A DNA stretch of 64,000 bases from Dehalococcoidia bacterium. Its GTDB lineage: Bacteria; Chloroflexota; Dehalococcoidia; Lucifugimonadales; UBA3495. Shown here piece by piece: positions 10,207 through 18,313 of this stretch. Under the pieces are notes generated by a model. It searched no databases and was not told the DNA's origin. It was given only the letters and a program-made list of their open reading frames with translations. The first letter of the stretch is position 1, and each line of letters begins with the position of its first letter. Both the position numbers and the translations under genes were made by a program. The stretch lies in NCBI GenBank assembly GCA_965219925.1, contig OZ244795.1, positions 1,543,395 to 1,607,394 on the forward strand, in the 5' to 3' direction.

Positions 10207-10566
10207 TTGGCTCCTCCCCATTTCTTAGGCTCAGCTGAATTGATTACCAGAGATCAGGAAGCTGAATACGTCAGATTGGCGGAGCAATCGCCCGGAATGT
10301 TGTGCAGCGACGCTCCTCCTGAAATCCTGGAAGCGTGTGCGCTGGACAATGAACCCACGCCGTTTCTGGAACGGTTCTTCGAATCCGGGATACGAGCACA
10401 CGCCCGCCAGCAGCACGGGCGGGAACTGCCGCAAATGTACGTCAACAACGCCATTCTGGTGCTTTGGCTGCGCGCTTGTCGCCTGTACACCAACCAACTG
10501 CTCGGCGTCGCTGACACTGACCTCAAACTGATGTTTTTCTCCAGCGCAGATGCAACGCTGAGTTAG
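10207..10566 (+). CDS. hypothetical protein
   Basis: ORF only; no recognisable motifs. The stop codon lies inside the duplicated target of the adjacent MITE. Confidence 0.3.
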   Translation: MAPPHFLGSAELITRDQEAEYVRLAEQSPGMLCSDAPPEILEACALDNEPTPFLERFFESGIRAHARQQHGRELPQMYVNNAILVLWLRACRLYTNQLLGVADTDLKLMFFSSADATLS

Positions 10567-10569
10567 CCA

Positions 10570-10733
10570 GCAGGGCTATCGCATATGAAATTCCAACCTC
10601 GTCACTCCGGCGGAAGTCGGAGTCCAGAGCGCGTATGCGCCAGATTTTTGGGGCGAGGCTACCGGCATCGGTCACTAGATTCCCGCTTTCGCGGGAACGA
10701 CGGTGGTTAAACCGTCCATATGCGATAGTCCTG
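10570..10733. mobile_element. MITE (family E; CAGGGC termini)
   Basis: Inverted repeats CAGGGCTATCGCATATG / CAGGACTATCGCATATG. Flanks are AGTTAGCCA / AGTTAGCGA. The interior carries CGTCA.TCC...GGA hairpin arms. Confidence 0.7.
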
Positions 10734-10853
10734 AGTTAGCGAGTTGAAAGCATGGCTGCCAGGGGTCGGGCCACGATACAATAGAGTGTAGGGCCAATCG
10801 CTGATTGAGGAGCGCAGTCCCCGATAACCTGCCAGTTATCACGGCCAAATCGC

Positions 10854-10941
10854 GGAGGGATGGCAGAGTGGACGAATGCGACGGTCTTGAAAACCGTTAA
10901 CCCGTCAGGGTTCGTGGGTTCGAATCCCACTCCCTCCGCCA
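10854..10941 (+). tRNA. tRNA-Ser(UGA): tRNA-Ser (anticodon UGA), CCA encoded
   Basis: Cloverleaf folded by hand. Acceptor GGAGGGA/TCCCTCC; anticodon stem ACGGT/ACCGT with loop CTTGAAA; long variable arm AACCC-GTCA-GGGTT; T arm GTGGG-TTCGAAT-CCCAC. Confidence 0.9.
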
Positions 10942-11417
10942 TTAAAACCGGTGTGTAAATAGGAAAATTCAGACCTGCCGGTGTGGTTATCATATTTGGA
11001 ACTCGTAGCTAGGCAAAATTGGTTCTCTTTCCGCCATTCCAGTTCCTTGGGTCAAGTTGCCTCGTCAGAGATTTTTGGTTCCACGCAGCTTTAGCACGTT
11101 ACCGTACTACCTGCTGATAGAGCTACGTTCTCTGTCCCCTATGGGGTAGTTCATTGGACGTACAGTAACCCGGCCAGGATTCCGGGCGCGAGCCGTGGCG
11201 CAATCCCACTGCGTCCGGGAGTAAACTACCGCCGGTGAAGGAACCCGCGGGTAGATCTTTGGCGATAACTTGGTTTGTCACCTGGCTGCGGTCGTAGCCG
11301 GCTCAACTCCAACGGTGGTGGACTGGAGTGCAGAGAGCGACTACGATGGTATGCGTAGGATCACATAGTTGCGGTTTGCTTAGGGCTGCGACCTCCAATT
11401 CCGCTGACTGAGCAAGC

Positions 11418-14225
11418 ATGACCCCCGAACAGAAAGCCCGCGCTAAGATTGACGCCCTGTTGGAACAGGCCGGCTGGGCGGTGCAGGACGCCGACTCGGC
11501 CAACCTCTACGAACGTCGCGGCGTTGCCGTGCGCGAATTCGGTTTGAAACCCGGCCACGGCACCGCCGATTACCTGCTGTACGTCGATCAAAAGGCGGCC
11601 GGCGTGGTGGAGGCCAAGCCGGCGGGTTACACCCTCACCGGTGTTGAGACCCAGTCCAGCAAGTACAGCGACGGTCTTCCAGACATCTTGCCAGCCCACG
11701 GCAAACCGTTGCCCCTCCTCTACGAGAGCACCGGAGCGGAGACGCGTTTTACCAACCTGCTGGATCCGGAACCGCGCAGCCGTGGCGTTTTCGCGTTCCA
11801 CACGCCTGACGCCCTGGCGCATTGGGTAGGGGCCGATTCACCGGCCGGCCACTCTGGCGCGGCCGGCGTAGCGGAGCAAACCGCATCTTATCTCGTCGCC
11901 GCAAATCTGCGCCGCAGGCTCGCCGCAATGCCACCCTTGGATGTTGGGTCGCTCTGGCCGGTGCAGGAGCGGGCGATCCTCAACCTGGAAGTATCCTTGG
12001 CCGATGGTCGGCAGCGCGCATTGATCCAGATGGCGACGGGTAGCGGCAAGACCTTCACCGCCTGCAACCTGGTGTACCGGCTCATCAAGTACGCCGGTGC
12101 CAATCGGGTGCTGTTCCTGGTGGACCGCAATAACCTGGGACGCCAGACGCTTCGGGAGTTCCAGGGCTTCACTACACCCGACGAACACCGGAAGTTCACC
12201 GAGCTGTACAACGTCCAGCTGATGGATTCGGCGCGCATCGACCCGGTGAGCCGAGTATGCATCTCCACCATCCAGCGGGTGTACTCGATGCTACGCGGCG
12301 AGGAGATTGACGAGGAGCTGGAGGAACGATCCGGCTTTGAATTTGCCCAGGTAAACCGCCAGCCCGCGCCGGTGGAATACAACCCCGCATATCCCATCGA
12401 TGACTTCGACTTCATCATCACCGACGAGTGCCACCGCTCCATCTATAACCTGTGGCGGCAGGTGCTGGAGTACTTCGACGCCTTCCTGATTGGACTGACG
12501 GCTACGCCGTCAAAGCAGACGCTGGGATTCTTCGGGCAAAACCTGGTTATGGAGTACACCCATGAGGAAGCGGTGGCGGACGGCGTAAACGTGGATTCCG
12601 ATATCTACCGCATCCGCACCGAGATTACGGAGCAAGGCGCCACGGTGGAGGCTGGCCAATACGTTGATCGGCGCGACCGCCGGACGCGGCAAGTGCGCTG
12701 GGAACAACTGGACGAGGACCTTACCTTTACCCCCAACCAGTTGGACCGGGATGTAGTGTCCGAGGACCAGATCCGTACCGTCATCCAGACCTTCCGCGAC
12801 CGGTTGTTCACCGAGATATTCCCTGGGCGCACCGAGGTCCCCAAGACCATCATCTTCGCCAAGGACGACAGCCACGCCGACGACATCGTGCGCATCGTCC
12901 GGGAGGAATTCGGCAAGGGCAACGACTTCTGCCAGAAGATCACCTACCGCACCACGGGCGTGCCCCCTGAGCAGCTGATTGCCGCGTTCCGCAATAGCTA
13001 CCACCCACGCATCGTGGTTACCGTGGACATGATTGCAACGGGCACCGACATCAAGCCGGTGGAGATCGTGTTCTTCATGCGCAACGTGCAGAGCCGCAAC
13101 TTCTTCGAACAGATGAAGGGCCGCGGCGTGCGCGTCATTTCGCCCGACGATTTCCAGGCCGTTACGCCGGACGCAGTGAACAAGGACCGGTTCGTCATCG
13201 TGGACGCGGTGGGCGTCACCGAGTCGGAACTGTCCGAATCCTACACGCTGGAACGGGAACCCACGGTGTCCTTCGGCCGGCTGCTGTACCTCATCGCTCT
13301 GGGCAGCCGCGAGCCTGATCATCTCTCCTCGTTGGCAAGCCGGCTGGCGCGGTTATCCCGCAAGATTTCCCCAGCGGAGCGGGAGGCAATCGAGAACACC
13401 GCCGGCGGCACGCCGCTGCAAACCCTGATCGCCAACCTGGTGCGGGCCACCGACCCCGACGCCGCCCTCGAAGCGGCGCGGGAAGCTACCGGTTTGGAGG
13501 AACCGTCGCTGGAGGCAATCGCTGAAGCGGAAAAGCAATTGCGGGACGTTGCGGTCGTACCCTTCGCCTCCAATCCCGAGCTGCGCCAGCGGCTGGAAGA
13601 GGTTCACCGGTCCTATGAGCAGACCATCGACACCGTGAGCAAGGACGTCGTGCTGGAAGCGGGCTTCACCGAGGCCCAGGCCGACGACCAGGTGCAGTCG
13701 TTCCGCCAGTTCATCGAAGCCAACCGGGACGAGATCACCGCGCTGCAGGTGCTCTACGAGCGTCCCTACCGGCAGCGGCTGCGCTATGACGACATCAAGG
13801 CACTGGCCGACGCGATGCAGGCGCCGCCCCGCTCATGGACCACGGACCGCCTTTGGCAGGCGTACCAGCGGCTGGACCAGTCGCGTGTGCGCGGCTCCGG
13901 CCAGCGGGCGTTGGCCGACATCGTATCCTTGGTGCGCTACGCCATCGGCGAAGCGGACGAGCTAGCGCCTTTCGCCGACCACGTTAATCAACGGTTTGCG
14001 GGCTGGCTGGCGATGCAGGAAACGGCGGGGCGGGAGTTCACATCCGAGCAGCGGCGATGGCTGGAGTCTATCCGCGACCACATCGCCGGCAGCGTCAGCA
14101 TCGAGGCGAGCGACTTCGAGTCCGTCCCGTTCAACCAGCAGGGCGGCCTGATGGGGGCCTACACCGTGTTCGGGGATGAGCTTCAAGCAATCATCGAGGA
14201 GCTGAACCTGGCGCTGGTGGAGTGA
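11418..14225 (+). CDS. hsdR: type I restriction enzyme R subunit
   Basis: HsdR_N-type N-terminus (KIDALLEQAGWAV...DYLLYVD...GVVEAK). Helicase motifs MATGSGKT and ITDECHRS. Long EcoEI_R_C-like C-terminal tail. TGA stop. Confidence 0.9.
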   Translation: MTPEQKARAKIDALLEQAGWAVQDADSANLYERRGVAVREFGLKPGHGTADYLLYVDQKAAGVVEAKPAGYTLTGVETQSSKYSDGLPDILPAHGKPLPLLYESTGAETRFTNLLDPEPRSRGVFAFHTPDALAHWVGADSPAGHSGAAGVAEQTASYLVAANLRRRLAAMPPLDVGSLWPVQERAILNLEVSLADGRQRALIQMATGSGKTFTACNLVYRLIKYAGANRVLFLVDRNNLGRQTLREFQGFTTPDEHRKFTELYNVQLMDSARIDPVSRVCISTIQRVYSMLRGEEIDEELEERSGFEFAQVNRQPAPVEYNPAYPIDDFDFIITDECHRSIYNLWRQVLEYFDAFLIGLTATPSKQTLGFFGQNLVMEYTHEEAVADGVNVDSDIYRIRTEITEQGATVEAGQYVDRRDRRTRQVRWEQLDEDLTFTPNQLDRDVVSEDQIRTVIQTFRDRLFTEIFPGRTEVPKTIIFAKDDSHADDIVRIVREEFGKGNDFCQKITYRTTGVPPEQLIAAFRNSYHPRIVVTVDMIATGTDIKPVEIVFFMRNVQSRNFFEQMKGRGVRVISPDDFQAVTPDAVNKDRFVIVDAVGVTESELSESYTLEREPTVSFGRLLYLIALGSREPDHLSSLASRLARLSRKISPAEREAIENTAGGTPLQTLIANLVRATDPDAALEAAREATGLEEPSLEAIAEAEKQLRDVAVVPFASNPELRQRLEEVHRSYEQTIDTVSKDVVLEAGFTEAQADDQVQSFRQFIEANRDEITALQVLYERPYRQRLRYDDIKALADAMQAPPRSWTTDRLWQAYQRLDQSRVRGSGQRALADIVSLVRYAIGEADELAPFADHVNQRFAGWLAMQETAGREFTSEQRRWLESIRDHIAGSVSIEASDFESVPFNQQGGLMGAYTVFGDELQAIIEELNLALVE

Positions 14226-14364
14226 TTATCAGAATCGGGATTTTCGGGATTAGAGGATTGGAAACCCTGGTAGCGGGTATCACTTCAGTCCTGCAAATCC
14301 CCAAATCCGAGAAATCCTGATTCAGACAATTGCGCCAAGAATAGAAAGACCCTAAATGAGCGGG

Positions 14365-14509
14365 CAGGGCCATTCGGTTGTCATTGCGAGGAGCGCAGCG
14401 ACGTGGCAATCTCGTTGAGGTTGAGCACGCGCCGGGGAACCATCATTGCTACGGCGACGAGATTGCCACGCTGCGCTCGCAATGACATGAGGAAAACCGA
14501 AAGGCCCTG
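14365..14509. mobile_element. MITE (family A) with 9-bp TSD ATGAGCGGG
   Basis: Termini CAGGGCCATTCGG ... CCGAAAGGCCCTG. The interior is a long imperfect hairpin (GTCATTGCGAGGAGCGCAGCGACGTGGCAATCTCG and its complement). Identical 9-mers sit on both flanks. Confidence 0.85.
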
Positions 14510-14585
14510 ATGAGCGGGGGACATGGCTTGACGGGCCGGCGGCGTCGCAGCAAAATGACACTACGATGATTTACGGGAGCCCCTG

Positions 14586-14834
14586 ATGGTTACGGCAAAG
14601 GAGCAATTCACCAGCCGCGCCGCGCCTGAACTGCTGGCGGTGATGCGGGAGATAGCCCGCGAGGAAGGTCGAGACTTCGACGCCGTGCTTGAAGACGCCA
14701 TGCGGCTGTACATCGCAAAGTGGCAGGTCAATCGGCCGGGAGTCCAGCCCGAGTTCATGGCCCACTACCGGGCCAGCGCGGAGAAGAATCGGCGGCTGAT
14801 GGAACTCTTGGCGCAAGCGGAGCAAAAGAAATGA
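14586..14834 (+). CDS. ribbon-helix-helix (CopG-like) protein, possible third TA component
   Basis: FTSRAAPELLAVMREIAREEGRDFDAVLEDAMRLYI fits a beta-alpha-alpha RHH pattern. Its stop overlaps the next start (ATGA). Confidence 0.55.
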   Translation: MVTAKEQFTSRAAPELLAVMREIAREEGRDFDAVLEDAMRLYIAKWQVNRPGVQPEFMAHYRASAEKNRRLMELLAQAEQKK

Positions 14835-15031
14835 CCAGCATCGCGGAAATAAAGCAAGCCATTCTGGAACTGCCGGAAGCAGAATACACCGAACTGCGTC
14901 GGTGGCTGATGGGGCAAGACTGGGAACAATGGGAGCGAGAATTTGACGAGGACGTGATGGCGGGGAGGTTGGACGCTTTGGCGTCTGAGGCTCTAGATGC
15001 TGCGGCAAGGGGCGAATTGCAGGACCTTTAA
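14831..15031 (+). CDS. small acidic antitoxin-like protein
   Basis: IKQAILELPEAEYTELRRWL...WEREFDEDVMAGRLDAL is typical of partners of ParE-like toxins. Start taken at ATG 14831 inside ORF 14720-15031. TAA abuts the toxin ATG. Confidence 0.6.
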   Translation: MTSIAEIKQAILELPEAEYTELRRWLMGQDWEQWEREFDEDVMAGRLDALASEALDAAARGELQDL

Positions 15032-15286
15032 ATGCACCGGACAACTTCCCACTTCTGGCGCCACTTTCGGGAATTGCCTCCTTCGGTGCAAGAAACGGCC
15101 CGCCGGAACTTCGAACTCTTGAAGGCCAATCCCAGACACCCCTCGTTGCGGTTCAGAAATGTCGGACGCTACTGGTCGGCGCGAGTGGGCGGATCCTACC
15201 GAGCAGTGGCAGTCCAGAATGGCGCAGACTTCGTCTGGTTCTGGATCGGCCACCACGACGAATACCTGCGTGTGATCTCCCGGTAG
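15032..15286 (+). CDS. RelE/ParE-superfamily toxin-like protein
   Basis: 84 aa. LKANPRHPSLRFRNVGRYWSARVGGSYRAVAV...FVWFWIGHHDEY resembles ParE-like toxins. Confidence 0.6.
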   Translation: MHRTTSHFWRHFRELPPSVQETARRNFELLKANPRHPSLRFRNVGRYWSARVGGSYRAVAVQNGADFVWFWIGHHDEYLRVISR

Positions 15287-15300
15287 AGGCTGTTCAGCAC

Positions 15301-16755
15301 ATGATGCACGATGCTCAACAGATAGATCTGCCCCGCGGATGGGCGTGGGCCACGTTTGGCGAGTTGACCGACAACTTCGACGGTAGGCGGGTTCCGGTAA
15401 AGGCGAAAGACCGGGTTCTAATGCGGGGACCTTATCCGTACTACGGCGCCTCCGGTGTTATAGATTCGGTTGATGGGTACCTGTTCGACGGTGATTACCT
15501 TTTGGTGACAGAAGACGGCAATCTGTTATCGAAGTCACACCAAATTGCGTTCACTGCAAAAGGAAAGTTTTGGGTCAACAACCACGCCCATGTAGTTCAT
15601 CCGCTTGGTGATGTGCCGATCGTCTACCTCCAGCATTTCATTAACTGCACCGACTTGCAGACCTACGTTACCGGCACAACGCGGCCGAAGCTCACTCAAG
15701 CAGCACTGAATCGTATCCCTGTCCCCCTTCCGCCCCTCGCCGAGCAGCGGCGCATTGTTGCGGAGATTGAGAAGCAGTTCACGCGGCTGGATGCGTCGGT
15801 GGCGGCGCTGCGGCGGACGCAGGCTAATCTGAAACGCTACCGGGCCAGCGTCCTGCGGGCGGCCTGCTCGGGTGAATTGGTGCCTACGGAGGCGGAACTG
15901 GCCCGCGCCGAGGGTCGGGAGTACGAGCCGGCCGGCGTCCTGCTGGAGCGCATCCTGGCGGAACGTCGGGCGCACTGGGAGGCGCAGGAGAAACGGCGGG
16001 GCAAGTACAAGGAGCCGACCGCGCCCGATACGTCCGACCTGCCCACGCTGCCAGAGGGGTGGGCGTGGGCATCGTTTGATGCCTTGACTCGCAACTTTGA
16101 CGGAGTACGAGTGCCTGTCAAAGCCGAAGATAGGGCGGAGATGCAAGGCTCTTATCCATACTATGGCGCGTCAGGGGTTATCGATAGCGTGAACAATTTT
16201 CTGTTTGACGGTAGATTTTTATTAGTCGCAGAAGACGGAGCGAATTTGTTGTCACGTTCCACTCCCATAGCATTCATAGCACATGGGCAATTCTGGGTGA
16301 ATAACCATGCTCACGTAGTGCAAACTTTCGGAACGTTACCCCTGTCTTATGTCGAAAACTATATCAACGGGCTAGATCTTCAAAGATATGTAACGGGAAC
16401 GGCTCAACCTAAATTGACGCAAGCGGCACTCAACCGTCTATCCGTTCCCCTTCCTCCGCTTGCTGAGCAGCGCCGCATCGTTGCCGAGGTAGAGCGGCGG
16501 CTGTCGGTCATCCAGCAGGCCGAGGCGGCGGTGGACGCCAGCCTGCAACGGGCCGAGCGGCTACGCCAGAGCATCCTGAAACGCGCTTTCTCCGGCGAGC
16601 TGGTGCCGCAGGACCCGGACGACGAGCCGGCGTCGGTCCTGCTGGAACGCATCCGCGCCCAGCGCGAGGCGGAGCAAGCGGCGGCGGCCACGACGAAAAA
16701 GCGGCCGGCGCGACGACGGCGGCAGAACCCCACCCGTAAAGAGGCAGCCGCATGA
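15301..16755 (+). CDS. hsdS: type I R-M specificity subunit with two closely related TRDs
   Basis: Two half-repeats, each LP.GWAW..F..LT.NFDG.RVPVKA.DR...G.YPYYGASGVIDSV, followed by the conserved LPPLAEQRRIVAE spacer helices. Confidence 0.9.
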   Translation: MMHDAQQIDLPRGWAWATFGELTDNFDGRRVPVKAKDRVLMRGPYPYYGASGVIDSVDGYLFDGDYLLVTEDGNLLSKSHQIAFTAKGKFWVNNHAHVVHPLGDVPIVYLQHFINCTDLQTYVTGTTRPKLTQAALNRIPVPLPPLAEQRRIVAEIEKQFTRLDASVAALRRTQANLKRYRASVLRAACSGELVPTEAELARAEGREYEPAGVLLERILAERRAHWEAQEKRRGKYKEPTAPDTSDLPTLPEGWAWASFDALTRNFDGVRVPVKAEDRAEMQGSYPYYGASGVIDSVNNFLFDGRFLLVAEDGANLLSRSTPIAFIAHGQFWVNNHAHVVQTFGTLPLSYVENYINGLDLQRYVTGTAQPKLTQAALNRLSVPLPPLAEQRRIVAEVERRLSVIQQAEAAVDASLQRAERLRQSILKRAFSGELVPQDPDDEPASVLLERIRAQREAEQAAAATTKKRPARRRRQNPTRKEAAA

Positions 16756-18254
16756 CCACGGCATCAACCATTGGGCAGAAGCTCTGGAACTACTGCGACG
16801 TGCTGCGCGGGGCCGGCCTGTCCTACGGCGACTACCTGGAGCAACTCACTTACCTCATCTTCCTCAAGATGATGCACGAGCGGAGCCAGCCTCCCTTCAC
16901 GCTGCTGACCGACTATCAACCGCCGCCGATCCCCGAGGGTTACGACTGGCCCAGCCTGCTGGCTCGGGATGGCGCCGAGCTGGAAGCCCACTACCGGCGT
17001 ACGCTGGAAACCCTGTCCGCTCAGAGCGGCACCCTCGGCGTGATCTTCAGCAAGGCGCAGAACGCGATCCAGGAACCGGCCATGCTGACCCGGCTGGTGA
17101 AAGAGCTCATCGACAGCGAGAACTGGCACGCGCTCAGCGCCGACGTCAAGGGCGACGCCTACGAGTCGCTGCTGGAGCGCAACGCCCAGGACGTGAAGAC
17201 CGGCGCCGGCCAGTACTTCACGCCGCGTCCGCTGATCCAGGCCATCGTGGAGGTGATGCGCCCCGGGCCGGACCTGACCATCTGCGATCCGGCCTGTGGC
17301 ACCGGCGGGTTCCTGCTGGTCGCCCATGAATACATCGCCGGCAATTACCGCAACATGAGCAGCGACCAGAAGGCTCACCTGCAAAACGATGCCCTGCACG
17401 GGTGGGAGATCGTGGACAGCGCGGCGCGGCTGGGCGTGATGAACCTGTACCTGCACGGCGTCGGCGGCGACCGGACTAACATCGTCGTGGACGACAGCCT
17501 GCGGGCGCAGCCGAGCGACCACTACGACATGGTGCTGACCAATCCGCCCTTTGGCCGCACGTCCACGCTAACCTACGTCAACGCTGAGGGAAAGACGGGG
17601 CGGCAGAGCCTGGTAGTGGAGCGGCCCGATTTCTGGGCCTCCACCGGCAACCGGCAATTGAGCTTTCTCCAACACGTTCGCACGCTGCTGAAGATCAACG
17701 GCAGCGCGGCCATCGTGCTGCCCGACAACGTTCTGTTCGAGGGCGGGGCCGGCGAGACCATCCGCCGCCGGCTACTGCAGGAGTGCGACGTCCACACCCT
17801 GCTGCGGCTGCCCACCGGCGTGTTCTACGCCCAGGGGGTCAAGGCCAACGTGCTGTTCTTCGACCGCAAGCCGGCCAGCGAAACGCCGTGGACGCGGGCG
17901 CTGTGGATCTATGACCTGCGCACCAACCAGCATTTCACGCTGAAAACCAACCCGCTGACCCGGGCGCACCTGGACGACTTCGTGTCCTGCTACCGCGCCG
18001 ATGACCGGACGCAGCGGGAGGAGTCGGAACGGTTCCGCCGCTTCACCTACGAGGACCTGACCCAGCGCGACAAGACCAACCTGGACATCTTCTGGCTCCG
18101 TGACGAGAGCCTGGAGGATTCAGAAAACCTGCCCCCGCCCGACGTAATCGCCGAAGAGATCATGGAAGACCTTCGCGCCGCGCTGGAACAGCTGGAGGAA
18201 ATCGCGGCAGATTTTGGAGCGGAGACAGAGACATCGGAAATTGGGCCTGTTTAA
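16752..18254 (+). CDS. hsdM: type I R-M N6-adenine DNA methyltransferase subunit
   Basis: HsdM N-terminal pattern, AdoMet motif DPACGTGGFL, catalytic NPPFG. Its start overlaps the hsdS stop (ATGA). Confidence 0.9.
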   Translation: MTTASTIGQKLWNYCDVLRGAGLSYGDYLEQLTYLIFLKMMHERSQPPFTLLTDYQPPPIPEGYDWPSLLARDGAELEAHYRRTLETLSAQSGTLGVIFSKAQNAIQEPAMLTRLVKELIDSENWHALSADVKGDAYESLLERNAQDVKTGAGQYFTPRPLIQAIVEVMRPGPDLTICDPACGTGGFLLVAHEYIAGNYRNMSSDQKAHLQNDALHGWEIVDSAARLGVMNLYLHGVGGDRTNIVVDDSLRAQPSDHYDMVLTNPPFGRTSTLTYVNAEGKTGRQSLVVERPDFWASTGNRQLSFLQHVRTLLKINGSAAIVLPDNVLFEGGAGETIRRRLLQECDVHTLLRLPTGVFYAQGVKANVLFFDRKPASETPWTRALWIYDLRTNQHFTLKTNPLTRAHLDDFVSCYRADDRTQREESERFRRFTYEDLTQRDKTNLDIFWLRDESLEDSENLPPPDVIAEEIMEDLRAALEQLEEIAADFGAETETSEIGPV

Positions 18255-18313
18255 CCGCGGCCAAGTTTGTCTCTGGAAATGTTTTCAATCGCCAGCTCAT
18301 CAACTCCAACCTT

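Noticed and set aside
11195-11220. GTGGCGCAATCCCACTGCGTCCGGGA as a degenerate direct repeat of the tRNA-Ser 3' end (a possible att remnant).
   Set aside because: Only about two thirds of positions match. It lies just 260 nt from the tRNA, with nothing island-like in between. The match could be chance.
14365-14509. Repeated hairpin sequences (GTCATTGCGAGGAGCGCAGCG..., CGTCATTCCCGCGAAAGCGGGAATCC...) as a possible CRISPR array.
   Set aside because: The copies are dispersed singly over the window and are internally palindromic. They have target-site duplications and show no regular repeat-spacer periodicity. No cas genes are present.
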